Below are positions 56,485 through 64,000 of a DNA stretch of 64,000 nt, one piece after another. The position numbers and the translations under genes were made by a program. Position 1 is the first letter of the stretch. Each line of letters opens with the position of its first letter. A model generated the notes under the pieces. It was not told where the DNA came from. It saw only the letters and a program-made list of their open reading frames with translations, and did no database searches. Source of the DNA: an uncultured Gemmatimonadales bacterium (GTDB taxonomy: Bacteria; Gemmatimonadota; Gemmatimonadetes; Gemmatimonadales; GWC2-71-9); contig CAVYSW010000003.1 of NCBI GenBank assembly GCA_963771275.1, forward strand, positions 160,001 to 224,000. The letters are read 5' to 3'.

Positions 56485-57815
56485 CCGCCCAATTGCTCGC
56501 GCAGGTACGCGAGCAGCCGGTCCGCCGCCACGCGGTCCTGCTTGAGGGTGTCGCGGTGCCGCACAGTCACCGTCTGGTCCTGCACGCTCTGGCCGTCCAC
56601 CGTGACGCCGAACGGCGTCCCCGCCTCGTCCTGCCGCCGGTAGCGTCGGCCGATCGAGCCGCCGTCGTCGTAGAAGATCGTGACGTGGCCCCGCAGGCCG
56701 TCGGCGATCCGGTGCGCCAGCTCGGGCATCCCGTCCTTCTTCACCAGCGGGAAGATCCCCGCCTTGATCGGGGCGATCGACGGGTGGAACCGCAGCACGA
56801 CCCGCTGCTCCCCCTCGATCTCCTCCTCGCGATACGCGTCCACCAGCGTGACGAGCGCCAGCCGGTCCGCGCCGAGCGACGTCTCGATGATGTACGGCAC
56901 GAAGCGCTCGTTGGTCACGGGGTCGAGGTAGTCGAGCTTCTTCCCCGAGTGCTCCTGGTGCCGACCCAGGTCGAAGTCGGTGCGGTTGTGGATCCCCTCG
57001 AACTCCTGCCAGCCGAACGGGAACTCGTACTCGATGTCGAACGCGTCTTTCGCGTAGTGCGCCAGCTCGTCCTTGCCATGCCGGTGGAAGCGCAGCTTGG
57101 CAGGGGTGATCCCCACGTCCTGATGCCACCGCATGCGCCGGGCACGCCACTCCTCGAACCAGCGCTCGTCCTCACCCGGCTTGACGAAGAACTGCATCTC
57201 CATCTGCTCGAACTCGCGGGTGCGGAACGTGAAGTTGCCCGGCGTGATCTCGTTGCGGAACGCCTTGCCGATCTGCGCGATGCCGAAGGGGACCTTCTGC
57301 CGCGACGCCTGGAGGACGTTGAGATAGTTGACGTAGATCCCCTGCGCGGTCTCGGGGCGGAGATACACGACCGCCGCGGCTTCCTCGACCGGCCCCATGA
57401 ACGTCTTGAACATGAGATTGAAGAGGCGTGGCGCAGTGAGCGTGCCCCTGGACCCGCAGACCGGGCACTGCGCGTCGGGCTGCCCCGGCGTGCCCTTGAG
57501 CCGCGGATCATCGGCGCGGAACCGGTTCTTGCACTGCTTGCAGTCCACCAGCGGGTCCGTGAAGCCGGCGACGTGCCCCGAGGCCTCCCACACCCGCGGG
57601 TGCATCAGGATGGCCGCGTCGATCCCCTCGATGTCCTCCCGCTCGTAGACCATGGAGCGCCACCAGCGCTCCTTCAGGTTCTTCTTGAGCTCGACGCCCA
57701 GCGGGCCGTAGTCCCAGACCGAGCCCAGCCCGCCGTAGATCTCGGACGACTGGAAGACGAACCCCCGCCGTTTCGCGAGTGAGACGATCTTGTCCATCAG
57801 CGAGGTGTTCGCCAT
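56481..57815 (-). CDS. glyQS: glycine--tRNA ligase (alpha2 homodimeric type)
   Basis: LAKRRGFVF, DYGPLG, LRPETAQG, FRNEITP, FRTREFEQME, IGRRYRRQDE. Confidence 0.96.
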   Translation of the reverse strand: MANTSLMDKIVSLAKRRGFVFQSSEIYGGLGSVWDYGPLGVELKKNLKERWWRSMVYEREDIEGIDAAILMHPRVWEASGHVAGFTDPLVDCKQCKNRFRADDPRLKGTPGQPDAQCPVCGSRGTLTAPRLFNLMFKTFMGPVEEAAAVVYLRPETAQGIYVNYLNVLQASRQKVPFGIAQIGKAFRNEITPGNFTFRTREFEQMEMQFFVKPGEDERWFEEWRARRMRWHQDVGITPAKLRFHRHGKDELAHYAKDAFDIEYEFPFGWQEFEGIHNRTDFDLGRHQEHSGKKLDYLDPVTNERFVPYIIETSLGADRLALVTLVDAYREEEIEGEQRVVLRFHPSIAPIKAGIFPLVKKDGMPELAHRIADGLRGHVTIFYDDGGSIGRRYRRQDEAGTPFGVTVDGQSVQDQTVTVRHRDTLKQDRVAADRLLAYLREQLGG

Positions 57816-57879
57816 GGAACCCAAGTGGCTGTGAGGGAATGGGATAGGTGGCGGCCGCGGGCGGAAAACTAGCCGCGCG

Positions 57880-58947
57880 TCACGGGGGCGGCAAGCGAAG
57901 CGCCCGCCGCACCGCCCGCTCGGCGTGGCGCGCGAGGTCGTCCGCCGTCCACTGACCGGACTCGCTTTCCACGACGACCCCCGCCGGCACGTCGGACGCG
58001 CAAGGCGCCACCAGCGCAGCCGGGACCTTGCGGCGCAGGGCCGCGTGCAGCACCTCGCCCGGCAGCTTGCCGTCGAGTGAGGTGCGGTCGAACCGCGCCT
58101 CACCCACCACCACGAGGCTCGCCTCCTTGAGCAGCGCCGGGAACCCCACCCGGTCGAGCACCCACGGCGCGCCGGGGATCACGCTGCCGCCCCCGAAGCA
58201 CATCAGGCCGAACCCGAGGCCGCCGGCCGCGCCGGCACCTTCCTCGACGGCCAGGGCGGGTCCATTCCACGGCTCGGTGAGCTCGACCAGCCGCCGCAGG
58301 CCGGCGGCAAGCCGCTCGATCGCGTGCGGGCTCGCGCCCTTCTGGGACGCGTACACCGCTGCGCCGTCCTCCCCCAGCAGCACGTTGCGCACGTCCGACA
58401 GGCCCACCAGGCGGACGCCGGGGGGCCTGCCGGGTGCGAGATCGCCGAGCTCCTCCAGCGCGCCGCCGCCCTCCGGCAGGGGCTGGCCGTCGCGGTCGCA
58501 CGGGGTCCACCCCCAGGCGCGCGCCATACCGAGCCCGCCGTCCATCGTGGCGCTCCCGCCGAGGCCGACGAACACCACGGTGGCGCCACCCCGCGCCGCC
58601 GCCGTGACGAGCTCGCCGACGCCCCGCGTGGTGGTGTTGAGGGGGTCGCGGCGCGGCGCCGGTATCAGGGACAGGCCGCATGCCAGCCGCGACTCCACGA
58701 CCGCGGTCCGCTCGTCGAGCCACCCGAGGTCGGCCGTGACGGGCGTCCCGAGCGGTCCTGTCACCTGGTGGGTCGTCCTGATGCGGGGAGCCAACGCATC
58801 GAGCAGCCCGTCGCCCCCGTCGCTCGCCTTGACGAGGCGGGCGCTGCATCCCGCCGCCTCGACCCCGCGAGCCAGCGCCTGGGCGACCTCGTGGGCGTCC
58901 AGGGTCCCCTTGAAGGGCTGCGCCACCACCACGACGGTCGGGATCAC
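57880..58947 (-). CDS. glxK: glycerate kinase
   Basis: PFKGTL, SDGGDG, GLGGSATMDGG, GAGAAGGLG, GEARFD..GK. Confidence 0.88.
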   Translation of the reverse strand: MIPTVVVVAQPFKGTLDAHEVAQALARGVEAAGCSARLVKASDGGDGLLDALAPRIRTTHQVTGPLGTPVTADLGWLDERTAVVESRLACGLSLIPAPRRDPLNTTTRGVGELVTAAARGGATVVFVGLGGSATMDGGLGMARAWGWTPCDRDGQPLPEGGGALEELGDLAPGRPPGVRLVGLSDVRNVLLGEDGAAVYASQKGASPHAIERLAAGLRRLVELTEPWNGPALAVEEGAGAAGGLGFGLMCFGGGSVIPGAPWVLDRVGFPALLKEASLVVVGEARFDRTSLDGKLPGEVLHAALRRKVPAALVAPCASDVPAGVVVESESGQWTADDLARHAERAVRRALRLPPP

Positions 58948-60227
58948 GACAGGCCGATGATCTGATCGCGCCGCGAGCCGACGCTGACGTATGTGACCGG
59001 CGTCCCGACCAGATCCTGAATCCGGTCGAGGTACGCGCGCGCCTGCGTCGGGAGGTCGGCGAGCTTCCGGGCGTCGCTGGTGCGCCGGCGCCAGCCCGCG
59101 AGCACCTCGTAGACCGGCTGGACGCGGGCCAGCGTCTCCGTGTCCGCGGGCATGTCGTCGAGCCCCGCGCCCTCCAGGTGGTAGCCGGTGCAGACCGGCA
59201 GCTCGTCGAACTCGTCCAGGATGTCGAGCTTGGTCACGGCGAGGTCGGTGAGCCCGTTCACCCGGGCGGCGTAGCGCACCACCACCGCGTCGAACCAGCC
59301 GCACCGTCGCGGCCGCCCGGTCGTGGCGCCGAACTCGTCACCCAGCGTCCGGAGCCGTTCGGCCGCGGGGGCTTCGGCTTCCGTCGGCAGCGGCCCGTTG
59401 CCGACCCGCGTGGTATAGGCCTTCACCACGCCCAGCACCGCGTCGATCGCGGTCGGCCCGATCCCGGCGCCGACCGCCGCCCCGCCGGCGGTCGTGTTGG
59501 ATGACGTGACGAACGGATACGTGCCGTGATCCACGTCCAGCAGGGCCCCTTGCGCGCCCTCCAGCAGGACGCGCTTCCCCTGGCGCAACGCGTCCCACGT
59601 GAGCCTACCGGTGTCCGCGGCGAGCGGCAAAATGCAGGGCGCCAGCCGGCGCACGAGGGCGACGTGCTCCGCGGCCGAGGCACGTTCCTCGACCCCGAGC
59701 ATGGCGAGGATCCGGTTCGCCCGCTCCGCGCCGTCGGTGACGAGCTGCGCGGCCCGGTCCGGGTGCCGGAGATCGCCCACCCGGATCCCGCGCCGTCCGA
59801 ACTTGTCCTCGTACGTCGGGCCGATGCCCCGCCCCGTCGTGCCGATCCGCTGCTGCTGCTCGGTGGCGCGGTCGAGCACCTTGTGGTACGGCATCACCAG
59901 GTGCGCCCGGTCGGACACGGCCAGCCGGCCGTCGACCACGATGCCGCGCTCCGTCAGCGCCTGCATCTCGTGCAGCAACGTCTCGGGATCGAGCACGACA
60001 CCGTTACCGATCAGGCAGCGTATCGCCGGATGCAGGATCCCGGAGGGGATCTGGTGGAGGACGAACGCGTCGGTGCCGTTGACGACGGTGTGGCCCGCGT
60101 TGGCCCCGCCCTGGTACCGCACCACGAGATCGGCGCGCTCGGCCAGCACGTCCACGATCTTCCCTTTCCCTTCGTCGCCCCACTGGGCACCGACGACGAC
60201 GAGGCAATGGCACTTCGCACCGAACAT
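58944..60227 (-). CDS. purA: adenylosuccinate synthetase
   Basis: GAQWGDEGKGK, GGANAGHT, EGAQG, GTYPFVTSS, TTGRPRRCGW. Confidence 0.97.
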   Translation of the reverse strand: MFGAKCHCLVVVGAQWGDEGKGKIVDVLAERADLVVRYQGGANAGHTVVNGTDAFVLHQIPSGILHPAIRCLIGNGVVLDPETLLHEMQALTERGIVVDGRLAVSDRAHLVMPYHKVLDRATEQQQRIGTTGRGIGPTYEDKFGRRGIRVGDLRHPDRAAQLVTDGAERANRILAMLGVEERASAAEHVALVRRLAPCILPLAADTGRLTWDALRQGKRVLLEGAQGALLDVDHGTYPFVTSSNTTAGGAAVGAGIGPTAIDAVLGVVKAYTTRVGNGPLPTEAEAPAAERLRTLGDEFGATTGRPRRCGWFDAVVVRYAARVNGLTDLAVTKLDILDEFDELPVCTGYHLEGAGLDDMPADTETLARVQPVYEVLAGWRRRTSDARKLADLPTQARAYLDRIQDLVGTPVTYVSVGSRRDQIIGLS

Positions 60228-60247
60228 CGCGACCTCGCGGAAGCCAG

Positions 60248-60275
60248 AAAAAAAGCCCCGGGGGCTACCCGGGGC
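60248..60275 (-). terminator. intrinsic terminator in the purA leader
   Basis: GCCCCGGG-TAGCC-CCCGGGGC followed by T7. Confidence 0.75.
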
Positions 60276-60287
60276 ATCCTCTGAGGG

Positions 60288-60316
60288 AAGGTAAGGCTCG
60301 GTGCGCGGGCGGTCAA
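60288..60316 (-). promoter_or_regulatory. sigma70-type promoter upstream of purA
   Basis: TTGACC-17 bp-TACCTT. Confidence 0.65.
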
Positions 60317-61224
60317 CGCAACGCGGCTGCACGCGCCACCCCCGCATCGCGCAACAGCGCCGCCACCGCGTCCCGCTCGCCGGATGCGAGGTCCAGCAGC
60401 GGCGGGCGCACGGGTCCACCGGTGAGTCCCACGAGATCCATCGCGGCCTTCACGCCGGGTACCCCCCGCTCCCCCACGGTGCCCTTGTTCAGCGGCGTGA
60501 GACGCTCCTGGACCGCGCCAGCGGCCGGCCGGTCGCCCGCGGCGAACGCGCGCCAGACCTCGACGGCGAGCGGGGCGGCAAAATTCCCCAGCGCCAGGAT
60601 CCCGCCCGCCGCGCCCAGCTCGAGGGCCGCGTACCAGTGCGACCCCGAGCCCATCAGCATGGCCCAGTGCGGCGCCGCCGCCCGATAGGCGGCGAAGTTC
60701 CTCAGGTCGCCCGACGAGTCCTTGGCGCCCGCGATGTTGCCGTGATCCGCCAGGGCGGCGAGCAATTGGTCGGACAAGGCCACGTGCGTGTACTTGGGGA
60801 TGTTGTACAGCAGCACGGGAACCGGCGAGGCGTCGGCCACGTGCCGGAAGTGATCGGCCAGGGCGGCGCTGGACAGCGATGCGCCGTAGTACGCCGGCGC
60901 CCGTACCAGGACCGCGTCCGCGCCGAGGTCCCCGGCGACCTGGCACGCCGCGATCGTCGCCCTGGTGGATTCGCGCCCCGCGCCGGCCACCAGCAAGCGG
61001 TCCTCCGGGACCACGTCGCGCAGCCACTCGACGACGTGGCCGTACTCGTCCTCGTCGAGCAGCGCCGCCTCCCCGGTCGATCCGCCGGCCACGATGCCGT
61101 GCGCGCCGGCCGCGAGCAGCGTGCGGGCGTTGGCGCGAAGCGTCACCGGCGCGGGCGCGCCGGTGACTGGATCGAACGGCGTCGTGATCGGGACGAGCAG
61201 CCCGCGGACCGCCGTCGCGCTCAT
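60313..61224 (-). CDS. dihydrodipicolinate synthase family (class I aldolase)
   Basis: TPF, GSTGE, LYNIP, GAKDSSG Schiff-base Lys. Confidence 0.88.
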   Translation of the reverse strand: MSATAVRGLLVPITTPFDPVTGAPAPVTLRANARTLLAAGAHGIVAGGSTGEAALLDEDEYGHVVEWLRDVVPEDRLLVAGAGRESTRATIAACQVAGDLGADAVLVRAPAYYGASLSSAALADHFRHVADASPVPVLLYNIPKYTHVALSDQLLAALADHGNIAGAKDSSGDLRNFAAYRAAAPHWAMLMGSGSHWYAALELGAAGGILALGNFAAPLAVEVWRAFAAGDRPAAGAVQERLTPLNKGTVGERGVPGVKAAMDLVGLTGGPVRPPLLDLASGERDAVAALLRDAGVARAAALR

Positions 61225-62282
61225 CAGAGTCGCCCCCCCGGCACGCCCATGGCCGGCATCTGGCCGCTCACCCGTGCCACCTCGGCGGTCACGATGCCTG
61301 CCTCGACCAGGTCCGCCAGGTGCTGCGCGAACGTCTGCGTGCCGTGTCGCTCGCGTCCGCTCGCCAGCTCGGTGGGGATCTCCTGCATGCGCTCCGCGCT
61401 GCGCAGCATGTCGCGCACCGCCGGCGTCGCCACGAGCACCTCCACCACCACGCTCCGGCCCTTCCCATCCGCCTGCGGCACCAGACGCTGCGCGATCACC
61501 GCCTTCAGGGTCTCCGACACTCGGAGCCGCGCCAGGTCCTGCTGGTCTGGCGGAAACATGGCGATGACGTGGCCGACCGCGTGCATCGCGTCCGGCGCCG
61601 ACACCGCCGTGATCACGAGGTGGTCGGTCTCGGCCGCCCGCAGGGCGATATCCAGCGTCTCGCGGTCCGGCACCTCTCCCAGCACGATCACGTCCGGATC
61701 CTGTCGCACCGCCGACCGTAACCCGCTCGCGAAGCTCGCCGTGTCGACACCCACCTCGCGCTGCGTCACCGACGACTTGGCGTCGCGGTGCAGGAACTCG
61801 ATCGGGTCCTCGAGCACGACGATGTGCCGGGTCTGGGTCGAGTTGATGTGGTGGACCAGGGCGGCGATGGTGGACGTCTTCCCCACGCCGGCCCCGCCGG
61901 CCACCAGCACGAGCCCGTCCTCCTGTTCGGCGACCCGGGTGAGCACCTGCGGCAGATTGAGGCGTTCGAGGGTCGGCACATCGAACGGGATCACCCGCAT
62001 CACCACCATGAACGAGGAGCGCTGTCGCAGGATGTTGACGCGAAAGCGACCGATCCCCGGGGCGCCCCAGGAACAGTCGTAGTCGCGGAGGCTGTCGATC
62101 CGCTTGCGGTCCTCCTCCGTGGGGATCATGCGCAGCGCGATCGCCCGCGTCTGCTCCGGCGTCAGGCGCTGCTTCGTGAGCGGCTTGAGGACGCCGTCGA
62201 TGCGCGCCCGGAATACGTCGCCCGCCTTGATGTGCAGGTCCGACGCACCCCGCTCCACCGCCGCCTTGATGATGTTCTCCAT
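61224..62282 (-). CDS. PilT/PilU family ATPase with degenerate motifs
   Basis: ASDLHIKAG, RFRVN, GGAGVGKTST, EDPIEF, QREVG, RQDPDVIVLGE. Confidence 0.85.
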   Translation of the reverse strand: MENIIKAAVERGASDLHIKAGDVFRARIDGVLKPLTKQRLTPEQTRAIALRMIPTEEDRKRIDSLRDYDCSWGAPGIGRFRVNILRQRSSFMVVMRVIPFDVPTLERLNLPQVLTRVAEQEDGLVLVAGGAGVGKTSTIAALVHHINSTQTRHIVVLEDPIEFLHRDAKSSVTQREVGVDTASFASGLRSAVRQDPDVIVLGEVPDRETLDIALRAAETDHLVITAVSAPDAMHAVGHVIAMFPPDQQDLARLRVSETLKAVIAQRLVPQADGKGRSVVVEVLVATPAVRDMLRSAERMQEIPTELASGRERHGTQTFAQHLADLVEAGIVTAEVARVSGQMPAMGVPGGRL

Positions 62283-62286
62283 GGTG

Positions 62287-63315
62287 TCAGTAGCCCAGCT
62301 TCAGGTTGACCACGTTGCGCAGCCGGCGGCCGCTACGGTAGCGCGCGATGTTGTCCACCAGCAGCGCCGTCTCGCGCGCCCAGAACCGGGCGGACACGGC
62401 GCTCACGTGCGGGAAGACCAGCACGCGCGGGTGGCGCCAGAACGGATGGTCGTGCGCCAGCGGCTCGTGGGCGAACACGTCGAGCGCGCATCCCCCCAGC
62501 TGCCCGTCATCGAGCGCGCGGCGCAGCGCCGCTTCGTCCAGCAGGGCGCCCCGCGCCACGTTGATCACGTACGCGCCGCGGGGCAAGGCCGCCAGGATCG
62601 CCGCGCTCACCAGCCCCTGCGTGTCTGCCGTCTGCGGCGCGGCGAGCACCAGCACGTCGCTCCGTCGCGCAAGGGTCGTCAGCTTCCCCGGGCCGCCGAC
62701 CCACCGCACGCCCGCGGGCCGCGCCCGGGTGGGACGCCGCCGTACGGCCGACACTTCCATGCCCAGCGCCGCGCAGCGCCGTGCCACCGCGCGCCCGATC
62801 CCACCCAGCCCGACGATCCCCACCCGGGTGCCTGCCAGCTCGCGCACCCGCACAGCGCCGTTCGTGAACTCGTCTTTCGCCCACCGCTCTTCAGCCTGCG
62901 CGCGGAGCGCCGCCGGAAAGCCCCGCAGCCAGAAGCCGATCGCCGCGACCACCCAGTCGGCGATCGGCTCCGCGTGCACGCCCGCGGAGTTGGTGAGGCG
63001 CGCCCCCGACGCGCGCAGCTCGGGCGTGACGCTCGCTCCCACGCCCGCCGCCGCCGTGTGCACCCAGCGCAGCGTGCCCCGCGCCGCCGCCACCACGGCC
63101 GGCGGAACGCCCCACCCGGCGTAGACCTCGGCGCCGGGCGCCGCACGGACCGCCTCCGCGTTGCCCGCTCCCCCATCCCCGTCGCTCGACGAGAGCGCCG
63201 CGACACGCACCACCTCCCACCCGCAGCCGAACGCCCGTCGCACCGCCTCGACGGTCGCATCCGGGACGGACCAGACCGGGCGCGGCGAGGCGAGGTCGAG
63301 GACCGCCCGTCTCAC
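62287..63315 (-). CDS. D-2-hydroxyacid dehydrogenase family protein
   Basis: GIVGLGGIG, INVARG, LDVFAHEPL, PHVS; GTGA overlap with upstream gene. Confidence 0.9.
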   Translation of the reverse strand: MRRAVLDLASPRPVWSVPDATVEAVRRAFGCGWEVVRVAALSSSDGDGGAGNAEAVRAAPGAEVYAGWGVPPAVVAAARGTLRWVHTAAAGVGASVTPELRASGARLTNSAGVHAEPIADWVVAAIGFWLRGFPAALRAQAEERWAKDEFTNGAVRVRELAGTRVGIVGLGGIGRAVARRCAALGMEVSAVRRRPTRARPAGVRWVGGPGKLTTLARRSDVLVLAAPQTADTQGLVSAAILAALPRGAYVINVARGALLDEAALRRALDDGQLGGCALDVFAHEPLAHDHPFWRHPRVLVFPHVSAVSARFWARETALLVDNIARYRSGRRLRNVVNLKLGY

Positions 63316-63998
63316 TCGTTGATCGAGAGCCGGTACGAGTGCGTGGCGCGGAGCAGCTGCAGCCGGGCCTCGTCGTGCTGGTGCGCGTTGCCGCGCACGC
63401 TGAAGGTGAGCACCACGCGCCCCTCGCGGGCCGGCTCCGCGCGGAAATCCGAAACGACGAGGCCGCACTCCTGCAGGATCGACTCGACGAGCGCAATCTG
63501 GTCCGCCCCGGCGGGCACCTCCACCGAGATGCTCGACTCGACGGCCGCGCGCCGCACGCGCTGCTCGGCCCACCCCAGCCCCCGGAGGACGAGCAGCATC
63601 AGCAGGGTGACGCCCACGCCCTCCAGCATGGCGCCCGAGCCGAGCGCCACCCCGATCGCCGCGACCACCCAGATCGTCGCCGCGCTGGTGAGCCCCGTGA
63701 CCGAGCCGCGCGAGTGCATGATCGCCCCCGCCCCGATGAACCCCACCCCGGTCACGATCTGCGCCGCGAGCCGGGCCGGGTCGCCCCGCCCCCCCGCTAG
63801 CTGCAGCGAGAGCTGCGTGAACAGCGTGGCACCCACGCAGATCAGAATGTTGGTGCGCAGCCCCGCGGCCTTGCCGCGCAGCTCCCGCTCGAGACCGACC
63901 GCGCCGCCGCACACGACGGCGACCAGGATGGCCCCGAGCAGCTCGAGCTGCAGCAGGTCGACCAGGACCGGCCACAGGGTGGTCAGCGACGTACCGGC
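63312..63998 (-). CDS. MgtC/SapB family membrane protein, 5' end probably beyond window
   Basis: GLERE..AAGLRT, AQIVTGVGFIGAG, GLTSAATIW; frame stays open to the window edge. Confidence 0.9.
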   Translation of the reverse strand, partial: AGTSLTTLWPVLVDLLQLELLGAILVAVVCGGAVGLERELRGKAAGLRTNILICVGATLFTQLSLQLAGGRGDPARLAAQIVTGVGFIGAGAIMHSRGSVTGLTSAATIWVVAAIGVALGSGAMLEGVGVTLLMLLVLRGLGWAEQRVRRAAVESSISVEVPAGADQIALVESILQECGLVVSDFRAEPAREGRVVLTFSVRGNAHQHDEARLQLLRATHSYRLSINE

Positions 63999-64000
63999 AC

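Noticed and set aside
205..62082. Many long antisense or alternative-frame ORFs (e.g. 16173-19250+, 21160-24075+, 11243-13990+, 52753-54960+)
   Set aside because: Shadow ORFs of high-GC genes; Arg/Pro/Ala-rich with no motifs, and they overlap well-supported genes
1..64000. CRISPR arrays, tRNA/rRNA genes, IS transposases
   Set aside because: No regularly spaced repeats, cloverleafs, rRNA signatures or transposase motifs recognised by eye

Overview
Very GC-rich bacterial chromosome segment. Gene content and the lineage-typical hypothetical genes suggest Gemmatimonadota (inference). Most genes are on the minus strand. Housekeeping blocks: SRP RNA-dnaX-ybaB-recR-orf-mglB-mglA-pgsA; ltaE-trkH-trkA; pyk; ispG; class II RNR nrdJ; murQ-anmK; ggt; ccdA; fur-pdaD-speB; priA; glyQS; purA; a dapA-like gene and a degenerate pilT-like ATPase. 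Two regions stand out. (1) A divergent envelope/phospho-signalling locus (~18.6-37.4 kb). Leftward arm: amidase, peptidase-propeller-barrel OM protein, GWxTD/TPR protein, Ser/Thr kinase-TonB_C fusion. Rightward arm: Zn-ribbon-FHA-FHA protein, Ser/Thr kinase, PP2C, FHA-TM-trypsin protease, lipoprotein, OM barrel, ending at murQ-anmK. (2) A lower-GC accessory islet (~40.9-44.8 kb) with a frameshifted orphan Rhs C-terminal toxin and coupled immunity candidate, a DUF433/DUF5615 (VapBC45-type) TA pair and two XRE regulators (one a frameshifted remnant). Smaller signals: speB broken by two close +1 indels, a promoter-terminator leader on purA, a non-GNRA apical loop in the SRP RNA, and a ubiquitin-like (YukD-type) gene trio. 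All family calls come from motif recognition by eye; no database searches were run.
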